64,000 nucleotides of DNA from Puniceicoccaceae bacterium (GTDB lineage: Bacteria; Verrucomicrobiota; Verrucomicrobiia; Opitutales; Oceanipulchritudinaceae): the NCBI GenBank assembly GCA_040830765.1, contig JBFOMH010000009.1, forward strand, positions 32,001 to 96,000, read 5' to 3'. The notes below the pieces were generated by a model, which ran no database searches, was not told where the DNA came from, and saw only the letters and a program-made list of their open reading frames with translations. Position 1 is the first letter of the stretch. Every line of letters begins with the position of its first letter. Below are positions 30,516 to 40,117 of the stretch, piece after piece. A program made the translations under genes and the position numbers.

Positions 30516-32087
30516 TTAGCTGGGGATGTAGATCCAGCTGCCACCAATACCATCGGAGGCGATGAAAATCCACTTGCCGAGGCTGGCCGAGAAAACCCAC
30601 TGGTTCGGGCCAAGCATGCCGTCGACCACATAGACGAATCCGAGCAGCTCAGTGTCGATGTAACCGGGGACGGAGAGGTAGCCGTTCTTGGCAGAGAAGG
30701 TCCAGGCAGCCCAGCTGATGACACCATTGAAGGCACCAACATAGTTGACTGCGGTGAAGAATCCATTGTCCGGCAAGGTGACGACATTATCGGGATTCAG
30801 GGCCGGGCTACCGGCGGACGGGCCACTGAGGGTCACCTTGCCACCGGCGCCACGGGTTACAGTCATGCCGGCGTCGGTCACGACCAGATTCTTGTTGGCG
30901 GCGTCACCAATGATGGCAACGGCGTCAACCCCGCTGAAGTCGTTGGCGTCAATCAGGACGCTGTCGATGGAGGTGGAGGTGTCACTGGTGATGATGTTGC
31001 CGACGAACGCGCTGGTACCGGACTGGACTGCATCCTGGACGATGTTGTTCTCAGGCTTGTTGTCGAATTGAAGCCATTCGGCATAGTCCAGGAAAACGGA
31101 GTTCCAGACCTGGTTGGCGCCACCATTGCGGATGCGCAGGGCGCGGCCGCTGCCGGGGGCGTTGGAAACGAAGGTCATGTTGGAGAAAATGCCCAGAGCG
31201 GCCGGGGTATTGGTTTCCGGGGAATCGGCACCATCCCATTCACCACCGCTGTCACCGTCACGGCTGGCTCCGAAGAGATCCTGGAAAGCGCTCTGGATAA
31301 CGACGATGTTCTGTCCGAGACCGCGGTAACCCTGGTCAAGGTCGAGGGTATCGTCCTCGGCATAGGCCAGAACGATGTTCTTCAGATTGGCCGCGCCACC
31401 GAAGATTTCGATGCCGTCGTCACCGGAGACGAAGATTTCGATGTTTTCCAGCAAGGTGCCGCTGCCGACACCACCGAGTGTCAGGCCCTGGATTTCATCA
31501 CCGTCTTCACCTGTCAGTGAGATACCGGTGTGGCGGATGGAAACATACTCCATGGCGCCGGCGCTGTGGCCATCGTTGGTACCGCCGTAGGTCAGGTAGG
31601 CAGTCTCCGTCGCAATGTCCAGTCCATGACGGCCAATCGGGTCGAGACCTTCGATCTGGTTGGTCAGGACCAGTTCCGGGTTGGCGACATTGTCAACACC
31701 GGTGGCGTCCGCGTTGATGAGCGCGTCCCCGAGGAGAATGATACCGGCCCAGAGGCTGACGTCATTGTGGTCGAGGGCCACCGTCTGCGCCTGCACGGAA
31801 GTGAAGACAATCGGGTTGTCGGGCGTACCAACTGCGTTAATGGTGGCACCGGAAGTGACAATGAGGGCACTGGCGGCGGCAGCGGCTTCGTCCTCGGCAT
31901 AGACCGTGACACCGGGTTCGATGGTCAGGGTAACGCCTGGGGCGACGTAGGTGACCCCGTCGATCAACCATTCAGATCCTGCGGGGAGGGTCGTGTCCTG
32001 GGTGATAACGGGACCGAGTTGGGTCTGGGCGGAAGCCAGACTGGCTCCCACGAGGGTGAGTGCTGTTAGGAACAACTTGGTTTTCAT
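30516..32087 (-). CDS. Secreted acidic beta-helix-like protein, partner of the TonB-dependent receptor
   Basis: Signal peptide; GT...PIVFTS, W.GIILLG.A, YV.IRH.G, GLTLGGVGSGT, DDGIE.FGG and DD.LD.DQGY.G motifs; Trp/Tyr-rich C-terminus. Confidence 0.8.
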   Translation of the reverse strand: MKTKLFLTALTLVGASLASAQTQLGPVITQDTTLPAGSEWLIDGVTYVAPGVTLTIEPGVTVYAEDEAAAAASALIVTSGATINAVGTPDNPIVFTSVQAQTVALDHNDVSLWAGIILLGDALINADATGVDNVANPELVLTNQIEGLDPIGRHGLDIATETAYLTYGGTNDGHSAGAMEYVSIRHTGISLTGEDGDEIQGLTLGGVGSGTLLENIEIFVSGDDGIEIFGGAANLKNIVLAYAEDDTLDLDQGYRGLGQNIVVIQSAFQDLFGASRDGDSGGEWDGADSPETNTPAALGIFSNMTFVSNAPGSGRALRIRNGGANQVWNSVFLDYAEWLQFDNKPENNIVQDAVQSGTSAFVGNIITSDTSTSIDSVLIDANDFSGVDAVAIIGDAANKNLVVTDAGMTVTRGAGGKVTLSGPSAGSPALNPDNVVTLPDNGFFTAVNYVGAFNGVISWAAWTFSAKNGYLSVPGYIDTELLGFVYVVDGMLGPNQWVFSASLGKWIFIASDGIGGSWIYIPS

Positions 32088-32123
32088 TTATATAATCGGT
32101 TTGATGTTACGGTTGATTAGAAA

Positions 32124-35100
32124 TTACTCGAAAGTGTAGGAGAGGCTGATGGAGCCGGTGATGCCACGGGTGTAGCTCTCGTAGACAATGTTGTCGCCGT
32201 CGGCCACGTCGTAGAACTTCTCGTAGGCCGGATCGAGGAGGTTCTCGAGTCCGATCTTCAGCTTCATGTTGCCGTTCAGACGCTGCGTGTAATAAAGGTT
32301 CAGGCTGCCCCGGGATTTCTCGAAAACATTGCCCAGCCCGGAATTGTTGGGATTGACCACGGAGAGACGTTCACCGGTAAAGTTGTAGGAGAGATTCAGA
32401 TACGTTCCCCAGTTATCATTGTCGTAGGACAGGTCGAAATTCACGAGCACCGGTGACTGACCCACCAACTGTCGGGTGCCTTCCGAGCTAAAGAAGAGTT
32501 GCTCGTCCGCGGGGACAGATACTTCGGACTCAATCAGCGAAAGGTTGCCCCCGACACTGAAGTTGGAAAACCGCTCGGAAAGGCGCCCCAAGCCATAGCG
32601 GGCCTCAAACTCAAGCCCGTAGACCGTCGCCTCGTCCACATTTTGGGGGACAATGTTGCCCCGCTGGAACGGCTGGATGTCGTTGTTGTCAATAACACCG
32701 TCTCCATTGGTGTCGGCGCCTCCAAAGAAGAGGACCTCGATGGGGTCCTTCATCTGCTTGTAAAAGGCGGAAACAGCCACCATTTCAAGGCCCTCGATGA
32801 ACCACTCCCAGCGGACATCGAAATTGTCGATAACCGTACGTGTCAGGTCAGGGTTCCCCTGGAAACGGTCACCAGTAAAAGAGTCGACAATGACCACCGG
32901 GGAAAGCTCCTTGAAGGTCGGCTTGGCGATGGTCCGTCCGTAGGCCAGACGCAGGTTTTGCCTCTCATTGATGGCGTAGACAAGACTGAGGGCGGGCAGG
33001 AAGTCTTTTTCCTCAAAGCCACCTTCCCGGTTGTCGACGCCCTGCTGCTCGAGAATTTGGAGCACGTTCATCGCGTTGGTCTCGTAGCGGACCCCGGTGA
33101 TCATGCGCCACTTCTCGGCAATGGCAAAGTCGCCCATCAGGTAGAGGGCTTCCACGGAGCCATCGGCGATGTAATTGTTTCCCTCGATGCCCCGCTCAAT
33201 GAAATGGCGCCCCTCGAGGGCGGGAATAAGATTATAGGTATCAATTTCGCCATCCCCGTTCCGGTCGATGGGTATTACCTTTTCGAAGTCAAAGCCGAGA
33301 TAGGGGTCCGTGTAAATACCCTCGACCAGGGCAGTATCCGGCTGGCCCTGCCAGGTCAGGGGAGAAACCGAATAGGTAATCTCGTTGTAGTCGCGATTGG
33401 CATCGGACATCAGGGCACCCCACTTGATCTTGGACTTCTCAAGAACCGGCAGGGAGAAATCCACCTTGTATTCCTCGTTGTCCTCCACCATGTCACGATA
33501 GCGGCGCACCGGCGGATCGAGGTCGGAGGTATTGACCCGGCGGTATCGCTGTTCTTCATAATCCCATGCGGTAAAGAGCGTCCTGTAGTCCGGCTGGTCC
33601 TGGGTGCTTTCCGTCTGGGAAGCCTGCCACTTGACTTCGAGATCATTGAGACTGTTCAGAAGGTGGCGGCCATGGATCTGTCCCGAGGTCATGCCCCGCT
33701 CCGTGTAGAGGATGGACACAGCCTCAAAGAGTGTATCCCCGCTGAGGGAAGAATTAAATCCGTCTCCAACACCGTGTTTCACTTCATCCTCCGCCGATTG
33801 ATTGTGGAACATGGTAAACGAGAGCTCGTGGTTCGTCCCCGCGAGAAAGGCCAGCTTTGCGAAGGCTCCCCAGTTGACGCTGGCTATCGACCGGGTAACC
33901 CCAAAAGGGACGTCGCCTCCATATGGATCATCGAGGACGCCCCAGTATTCACGATACCATCGCAATCGGCCGAGAACTTCCGGATCGGTGGTGTAGACCT
34001 GGGCACTGTCCTTGAAGGAATCCGGGGTTTGCCAACGGGCCTCAATGCCGTTGCGGTAATGATGATAGTCACGATCCCAGGTCAGGCTGGCCGTGTAACC
34101 GAATTTACGGTCATTCTTGAAGACCAGGGTATCGCCAATCGATCCGTTGAATGAGTATGCGGGGCCGGCCTCTGCCTTTATCGGATAAAAACGGCGGGTG
34201 AACTCCCTCGTGACAGAGCCGATTTTCTCCGCAACGCTGAGGTCACCAGCGATGGCAGCCCCAACCGCCGTTGAAGTGGCACGTCCCGAAAGGACGGGGA
34301 TCTCGTCCGAGGGCACCTGTGTCCGGGGGCGGTCGTTGACCCCATCAGCCGTCCAGTTCACCCCTTCCGCACTGCGGTAAATGAATTCACCGGTGGTCTG
34401 GCTGTTGATCGAGAGGGAAGCCCCGGTCTTGAGGAAGAAGTGATCCGGGAAGGACTTGGTCTGGATATTGACCGAACCACCGGAAAAGGAACCGGGCTGG
34501 TCCGGGGTAAAGGACTTTGACGTGGAGATGGACTCCAGAAGGTCGCTGGGAAACTGGTCCATCTGCACGGCCTGACGATCCGGATCGGCACTGGGAATGC
34601 TGGCCCCGTTGAGGAGCGTGTTGGAGTAGCGATCCCCCAACCCGCGGATGTAGACATACTTGCCATCCACCACCGAAGCACCGGTTACCTTGGACATGGC
34701 CTCTGCCGCATCGCCCAACCCGAGACGGGAAAAGGCCTCCCCGCCAATGGCATCACCAATGGAAATGGAGCGCTGGCGGGACTTCAAAAGCGTGGCCTCC
34801 GTACTTTGAATGACTTCCGCCGTCACCTCGAACGCTGCCAGCTCAAAGATATCGGTTCCGTCCTCTGCGGTTGTCACTTCCGGAGTGACTGTCTTGGCCT
34901 TCTCGTCCTCTCGACGCGGTAGAGGAATGTCCAGTCGCGTGACTTCCCCTCCTGTGACCCGGACGCCCTTGACATCCTGAGGCTCGTAGCCGCCTTTGAA
35001 TACACGAACCGTGTAGGTGCCAGTGAATACGTCACTGAACCGGTAGGAACCGTTCAGATCCGTGCGTTCATAGAAGGTCGGGTCCTCAAGCAATGCAATG

Positions 35101-35246
35101 CTTGCCCCGGTGATGACTTCACCGGTTGCGGCATCGACAACCTGCCCGCTGATGCGGCCAAGGCCACTATCTCCTTCCTGCGCCTGCATAGTGACTGCTG
35201 CCCCAAGGACACCAGCATAGAAAAAAGCCAATAATCGTCTCTTCAT
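32124..35246 (-). CDS. TonB-dependent receptor with N-terminal carboxypeptidase-regulatory-like domain
   Basis: Signal peptide; plug motif YIRGLGDRYS; GNPDL and ENLLD; C-terminal YTFE. Confidence 0.95.
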   Translation of the reverse strand: MKRRLLAFFYAGVLGAAVTMQAQEGDSGLGRISGQVVDAATGEVITGASIALLEDPTFYERTDLNGSYRFSDVFTGTYTVRVFKGGYEPQDVKGVRVTGGEVTRLDIPLPRREDEKAKTVTPEVTTAEDGTDIFELAAFEVTAEVIQSTEATLLKSRQRSISIGDAIGGEAFSRLGLGDAAEAMSKVTGASVVDGKYVYIRGLGDRYSNTLLNGASIPSADPDRQAVQMDQFPSDLLESISTSKSFTPDQPGSFSGGSVNIQTKSFPDHFFLKTGASLSINSQTTGEFIYRSAEGVNWTADGVNDRPRTQVPSDEIPVLSGRATSTAVGAAIAGDLSVAEKIGSVTREFTRRFYPIKAEAGPAYSFNGSIGDTLVFKNDRKFGYTASLTWDRDYHHYRNGIEARWQTPDSFKDSAQVYTTDPEVLGRLRWYREYWGVLDDPYGGDVPFGVTRSIASVNWGAFAKLAFLAGTNHELSFTMFHNQSAEDEVKHGVGDGFNSSLSGDTLFEAVSILYTERGMTSGQIHGRHLLNSLNDLEVKWQASQTESTQDQPDYRTLFTAWDYEEQRYRRVNTSDLDPPVRRYRDMVEDNEEYKVDFSLPVLEKSKIKWGALMSDANRDYNEITYSVSPLTWQGQPDTALVEGIYTDPYLGFDFEKVIPIDRNGDGEIDTYNLIPALEGRHFIERGIEGNNYIADGSVEALYLMGDFAIAEKWRMITGVRYETNAMNVLQILEQQGVDNREGGFEEKDFLPALSLVYAINERQNLRLAYGRTIAKPTFKELSPVVIVDSFTGDRFQGNPDLTRTVIDNFDVRWEWFIEGLEMVAVSAFYKQMKDPIEVLFFGGADTNGDGVIDNNDIQPFQRGNIVPQNVDEATVYGLEFEARYGLGRLSERFSNFSVGGNLSLIESEVSVPADEQLFFSSEGTRQLVGQSPVLVNFDLSYDNDNWGTYLNLSYNFTGERLSVVNPNNSGLGNVFEKSRGSLNLYYTQRLNGNMKLKIGLENLLDPAYEKFYDVADGDNIVYESYTRGITGSISLSYTFE

Positions 35247-35318
35247 AACAATCATTCGCAGGTGACCGTTTGCCCGAATTTTCCTCCGGCAACCCCTTTC
35301 CAACAGGGAAACGGTATT

Positions 35319-35364
35319 ATCACACCAGCGTAACGCCGGCTTAACATTGTCACCTTACCGTGAC
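35319..35364. promoter_or_regulatory. Pho-box-like (OmpR/PhoB family) direct-repeat array upstream of the TBDR
   Basis: ATCAC-N6-GTAAC-N6-TTAAC and GTCAC-N6-GTGAC: 11-bp-periodic GTCAY-like units. Confidence 0.6.
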
Positions 35365-35404
35365 CTCCAGCAGCCTCTGGCTGCCTTCCGGACTGCAGCG
35401 GAAT

Positions 35405-36151
35405 CTAGAAGTCAGCCCGTCGGCGAATGACCGATGGCAGGTGGCGCAGGATGCTCATGATAATCCGCCAGTAGGCCGGGACATAAAGCCGTCCCCGTTT
35501 GCCCTTGTTGACCGCATTGACGATGCGGCGGGCGACCGGTTCCGGCTTGGCAAAGAAAAGGCCCCATTGCAGATGGGCAACCATCGGTGTGCGGACCGGC
35601 CCCGGCCGTATGTCGAGCACCTTGATGGAGGTACCGGCAAAGCGGGCATCCATCCCCTCCATGAGGGCGGAAAGACCGGCTTTGCTGGACCCGTAGACGT
35701 AATTGCTTCCCCGGCCAATGTCACCCGCGACACTGGACAGAGCAGCCAGGCAACCGGTACCTTGTTCCTCGAGCCGGTTGGCGGCCCGCATCAGCAACTC
35801 CGCTGGAACGGTAAAATTGGTCCGCAACACCGACTGGACCTTCTCCGGCGCTTCCTCCATTTCCTGGTTTTTCGGAAGGACACCGGCGGCCAGATAGAAG
35901 CAATCGACAACCCCGAGGGAAGCAAAGCCCCGCTTGATAATCGCTTCGCAGCCAGCCGGCTCGGAAATATCGAGGACTTCAGTACCAACAACCTCTCCGC
36001 CCAATTCCTTGAAGCGGGAAGCGGTTTCCTGGAGTCCCTCAGGATTGCGGGCAACCAGATAAGCACGCGCGCCAGAGGGAGCCCACAAGTCCAGACAGGA
36101 GCGGGCAATTCCGGAATTCGCACCAAGGAGAAAAATGTTGATTGCACCCAT
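35405..36151 (-). CDS. SDR oxidoreductase, DprE2-like
   Basis: GANSGIA, SSVAGD.GR.SN.VYGSSKAG and IRPG.V.T.M motifs. Confidence 0.8.
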   Translation of the reverse strand: MGAINIFLLGANSGIARSCLDLWAPSGARAYLVARNPEGLQETASRFKELGGEVVGTEVLDISEPAGCEAIIKRGFASLGVVDCFYLAAGVLPKNQEMEEAPEKVQSVLRTNFTVPAELLMRAANRLEEQGTGCLAALSSVAGDIGRGSNYVYGSSKAGLSALMEGMDARFAGTSIKVLDIRPGPVRTPMVAHLQWGLFFAKPEPVARRIVNAVNKGKRGRLYVPAYWRIIMSILRHLPSVIRRRADF

Positions 36152-36228
36152 ATTGATCAACCGTTTGCGTGACTAAAGTGCCTCCAGCACACCACGACGA
36201 ACAAAAATTGAAGGAAATTCTCATTAGC

Positions 36229-37512
36229 ATGGAATCCCCACTGAAAATTCTGGTCATCGGCTCCGGTGGCCGCGAGCACTCGCTCCTGAAAGCTTGCTTG
36301 AAGAGTCCCATGGTTGAAAGAGCATGGGCTGCTCCCGGCAACGGCGGCATGGCCGTGGAGGCCGAATGCCACCCGCTCAATGTCGAAGACCCCGAAGCCT
36401 GCGTGGACCTCGCCCGGGAGCTCGGTGCCAATTTCGCCATCGTTGGTCCGGAAGTACCGTTGGCCCTCGGCGCTGCAGATGCCCTGCGCGAGGCGGGTAT
36501 TGCCACTTATGGCCCCGGAGCGGACGGTGCGGTTCTCGAGTCCAGCAAGGCCGCCTGCAAAGCCTTTTTCGCCAAGTATGACATTCCCACCGCGGCATGG
36601 GATACCTTCACCGAAGTTGAACCTGCCCTGGAATACCTTACGACCTGCAGCCTGCCAGTAGTCGTCAAGGCCAGCGGGTTGGCCGCCGGGAAAGGGGTCC
36701 TCATCTGTGAGACCCAGGAAGAAGCCGAAGCAGCGGTACGTGGCATGCTTGAGGGTGGCCAATTCGGGGAGAGCGGCCAGCAGGTGGTCATTGAGGAATT
36801 CCTGACGGGCCAGGAGGCCTCGATCATGGTTCTGGTATCCGGCAAGGAGTATGTCTGCCTCTCCCCCAGCCAGGACCACAAGCGGGTTGGCGAGGGCGAC
36901 ACGGGACTCAACACCGGAGGCATGGGTGCTTATGCACCGGCCGCGGTGGTTGATGAAGCGGTCATGGCCAAGGTGCGGGAATCCGTCATCGAGCCAACGC
37001 TGGACGGCTTTGAGGCCGAAGGGATTGACTTCCGGGGGACCCTTTTTGTCGGCCTGATGATCAATGATTCCGGTGAACCCAAGGTCCTCGAGTACAATGT
37101 TCGCTTTGGCGACCCAGAGTGCCAGGTGCTTTTGCCTCTCTGCGAAACGGATCCGGTCAGCCTGATGTGGGATTGCGCCAATGGCGCCCTAAAGCCGGCG
37201 GAGGTAAAATTCCACAATGAAGCGGCCATCAATGTGGTTGTCGCGGCAAAGGGCTACCCGGGGTCCTATCCCAAGGGAGACCTCATCAAGCTGCCGGATG
37301 AACTCCCCGAGGGCGTGGATATCGTCCATGCCGGGACCAAGCTCGATGAGGACGGTAACCTTCGCGCGAGCGGTGGACGGGTCCTCAGCGTGGTCGCCAT
37401 GGCCGCCAGCCTTGAGGAAGCGGCGGCAAAGGCCTACGCTGTCTGCGATGCCATTGAATGGGAAAACAAGTATTTCCGGCGTGACATCGGGCACCGGCAA
37501 CTGAAATCCTGA
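36229..37512 (+). CDS. purD: Phosphoribosylamine-glycine ligase
   Basis: GSGGREH, GLAAGKGV, NTGGMGAY and EYNVRFGDPE motifs. Confidence 0.98.
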   Translation: MESPLKILVIGSGGREHSLLKACLKSPMVERAWAAPGNGGMAVEAECHPLNVEDPEACVDLARELGANFAIVGPEVPLALGAADALREAGIATYGPGADGAVLESSKAACKAFFAKYDIPTAAWDTFTEVEPALEYLTTCSLPVVVKASGLAAGKGVLICETQEEAEAAVRGMLEGGQFGESGQQVVIEEFLTGQEASIMVLVSGKEYVCLSPSQDHKRVGEGDTGLNTGGMGAYAPAAVVDEAVMAKVRESVIEPTLDGFEAEGIDFRGTLFVGLMINDSGEPKVLEYNVRFGDPECQVLLPLCETDPVSLMWDCANGALKPAEVKFHNEAAINVVVAAKGYPGSYPKGDLIKLPDELPEGVDIVHAGTKLDEDGNLRASGGRVLSVVAMAASLEEAAAKAYAVCDAIEWENKYFRRDIGHRQLKS

Positions 37513-37528
37513 GCTATTTATATCAACA

Positions 37529-37810
37529 ATGAAGAGCGCGTACGAACTGGCAATGGAGCGTCTGGAGAAGGAGGATCCGCAAGGGTCTGTCTCCCTGACG
37601 GATGAGCAAAAAGCGGAACTGGATGCGATTGAGAAAAAATACCAGGCCCGGATCGCGGAAAAGGAGATTTTCCTGAAGAAGCAGCTCACGGAAGCCCGTC
37701 TGCAAGGCGACGGCCAGGCGCTTGAACAACTGGAGACACAATTGCGCAACGAGCGTCAGCGTCTCGAGGAAGAAAAGGAAGCAGCCAAGGAGAAAGTTCG
37801 CCAGGCATGA
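37529..37810 (+). CDS. Small coiled-coil hypothetical protein
   Basis: [11 protein letters not shown] start; highly charged helix; ATGA overlap with thyA. Confidence 0.75.
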   Translation: MKSAYELAMERLEKEDPQGSVSLTDEQKAELDAIEKKYQARIAEKEIFLKKQLTEARLQGDGQALEQLETQLRNERQRLEEEKEAAKEKVRQA

Positions 37811-38607
37811 GGACCTATCTGGAGCTTCTTCAGCATGTCCTCGAGAACGGTCTGGAGAGGGAGGACCGTACGGGCGTCGGGACCCTTTCCTGCTTTGGAG
37901 CACAAAGCCGTTACGACCTCGGGGAAGGATTCCCCCTTGTCACGACCAAGAAACTGTACCTGCGGGCCATCATTCATGAGCTCCTGTGGTTTCTCAAAGG
38001 GGACACCAACATCAAGTACCTCAATGAGAACCGGGTCACCATCTGGGATGAATGGGCAGACCCCCAAGGCAACCTTGGCCGCGTCTATGGTGCTCAATGG
38101 ACCGACTGGCGCAAGCCGGACGGGGGCAGTGTCAACCAGATCGAAACGGTCATCAAGGCCATCAAGGCCAATCCGGCCAGCCGGCGGCATATTGTCTGCG
38201 CTTGGAATCCCGGGGAGCTGGAACAGATGGCCCTGCCCCCCTGCCATGCCTTTTTCCAGTTCTATGTGAATGAAAAGAAGGGTACCCTTTCCTGCCAGCT
38301 CTACCAGCGCAGCGCCGATCTCTTCCTCGGCGTTCCCTTCAACATCGCCTCCTACGCTCTATTGACGATGATGGTGGCCCAGGTGTGCGATCTCAAGCCA
38401 GGCGAATTTGTCCACACCTTCGGGGACCTGCACATCTACAAGAATCATATCGAACAGGTGAAACTGCAATTGTCCCGGGAACCACGGCCGCTGCCGGTCA
38501 TGCTCATCAATCCGGAAAGGAAGAATATCACCGACTTCGTATTCGAGGATTTCCAGCTGGAGGGCTACAACCCCCACCCGACCATCAAGGCCCCCATCGC
38601 AGTCTAA
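37807..38607 (+). CDS. thyA: Thymidylate synthase
   Basis: DRTG.GT, ALPPCH, YQRSAD.FLGVPFN and HIY.NH motifs. Confidence 0.98.
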   Translation: MRTYLELLQHVLENGLEREDRTGVGTLSCFGAQSRYDLGEGFPLVTTKKLYLRAIIHELLWFLKGDTNIKYLNENRVTIWDEWADPQGNLGRVYGAQWTDWRKPDGGSVNQIETVIKAIKANPASRRHIVCAWNPGELEQMALPPCHAFFQFYVNEKKGTLSCQLYQRSADLFLGVPFNIASYALLTMMVAQVCDLKPGEFVHTFGDLHIYKNHIEQVKLQLSREPRPLPVMLINPERKNITDFVFEDFQLEGYNPHPTIKAPIAV

Positions 38608-38640
38608 TCTTATTCTTAGCCTTAATCTTAATCTCAATCT
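38605..38640 (+). repeat. Degenerate hexamer tandem repeat, TAATCT x6
   Basis: taatct tattct tagcct taatct taatct caatct fills almost all of the thyA-folA spacer. Confidence 0.8.
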
Positions 38641-38646
38641 CCCCCC

Positions 38647-39126
38647 ATGCCCTCGCCCGCCAACCGTCCCTGGAAAGCCATTGCCGCCATGTCGGAGAAC
38701 CGGGTCATCGGTGCTGACAACAAGATCCCCTGGCACCTTCCGGAGGACTTCAAATGGGTCAAGGCTTGCACCCAGGGAAAGGCCATCGCCATGGGGCGCA
38801 AGACCTTCGAATCGATGGGACGCCCGCTTCCCAATCGCGAGAATATCGTTATCTCACGGTCGGTGACGGAAATCCCAGGATGCGTTGTCCTGCCCTCCCT
38901 TCAAGCCCTCGAGGCCTATGAAACAGATCGGGAAATCTGGATTTTCGGCGGGGCCCAGATCTATGCCGCCGCCCTCGAGCGGATTGGCGAGCTCTACCTC
39001 ACCGTGGTCAAGGGAACCTATGAGGGCGATGCCTTCTTCCCTCCCTTCGAGGACCAGTTTGGCGAACCGGAAACCATCCGCGAAACGCCCGAATTCAGGA
39101 TCCTCAAATACACCCACAAGCCCTGA
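38647..39126 (+). CDS. folA: Dihydrofolate reductase
   Basis: VIG..N.IPW.LPED, MGRKTFES, LPNR and IFGGAQIY motifs. Confidence 0.96.
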   Translation: MPSPANRPWKAIAAMSENRVIGADNKIPWHLPEDFKWVKACTQGKAIAMGRKTFESMGRPLPNRENIVISRSVTEIPGCVVLPSLQALEAYETDREIWIFGGAQIYAAALERIGELYLTVVKGTYEGDAFFPPFEDQFGEPETIRETPEFRILKYTHKP

Positions 39127-39147
39127 TCAGACTTCGTTGGTTTCCCT

Positions 39148-39948
39148 TTAAAGCGCAGCCAGATCGATCTCGGGGAAAATCAGCCGTTCCGGATCGAGGC
39201 ACTCGACCGGCCAAGGGCAATGGCCGTTGCCCATCGCTTCAAGAACACAATCAGGGCGATTGCAGTCCTTGCTCAGGTGCCCCAGCAGGACACGCCGCCA
39301 GCGGGGCTTTTCTACCGAGCAAAGAAAACGGAAGGCAGCCTCGTTGGAGAGGTGTCCATGACGGCCAGTGATGCGCTGCTTGACCGAGTATGGGCGCTTG
39401 TTGTCCTGCTCAAGGAGTGCAGCGTCGTGGTTTGCCTCAAGCACCAGGAGCTGGACGTCGCGCACCATGTCGGCCAGGGCCGGCGGAGCATGACCGAGGT
39501 CTGTAATCCAAGCGAGGCTTCCATGCGGGGAAAACAGGTCGTCTCCACCGGTCCGGAAAGTGAAGCCGACCGGTTCCATGGCATCGTGTGGCAGGAGCAT
39601 GCTCTGGACGGTCAAGTCCTTGTAGGCGAAGGTCGTTCCGGTTTCGAATATCTTCCAGCTGATGTCCCGGTTCAACTTGCTCTGGGCCACCTGGGCTGTC
39701 GCGTAATTGGCAAAAAACTGCAGGTGCCGGTGCTTGGCCAGACCGCGCAGGCCGGCTGTGTGGTCACTGTGCTCGTGGGTCAGGAAGACGGCATCGATGC
39801 TTTCGATCGGCTTGCCGATTTCCTTCAGGAGTTCCTCCAGTCGCCGCCCGCTGAAACCGGCATCCAGCAGGATCCGGGTCTGTGAGCTCTCGATGAGGGC
39901 ACAATTGCCCGAACTGCTGGTTCCGAGAATGCGGAAGCGAAGACCCAT
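39148..39948 (-). CDS. MBL-fold metallo-hydrolase (YycJ/WalJ-like)
   Basis: SSGN, THEHSDH, HDA, EANHD, GHLSN and HLS.DCN motifs. Confidence 0.9.
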   Translation of the reverse strand: MGLRFRILGTSSSGNCALIESSQTRILLDAGFSGRRLEELLKEIGKPIESIDAVFLTHEHSDHTAGLRGLAKHRHLQFFANYATAQVAQSKLNRDISWKIFETGTTFAYKDLTVQSMLLPHDAMEPVGFTFRTGGDDLFSPHGSLAWITDLGHAPPALADMVRDVQLLVLEANHDAALLEQDNKRPYSVKQRITGRHGHLSNEAAFRFLCSVEKPRWRRVLLGHLSKDCNRPDCVLEAMGNGHCPWPVECLDPERLIFPEIDLAAL

Positions 39949-40117
39949 GGAAACTTTTTCACGCAGTCAACTCGCGGTGTCACGCAAATTCACCCGAAAA
40001 CTGGCACTTCCTCTAAAATGCCCCATATTGCTGCATGTGAAAGTGACATTCGGATGCCAAATCGAAACTTGAAGCAACCGGATCAAGGACCTAGCTTCCC
40101 TAACTCATACTATCATC

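Noticed and set aside
32499..34154. 551-aa plus-strand ORF
   Set aside because: Antisense shadow of the TonB-dependent receptor caused by codon bias; no motifs.
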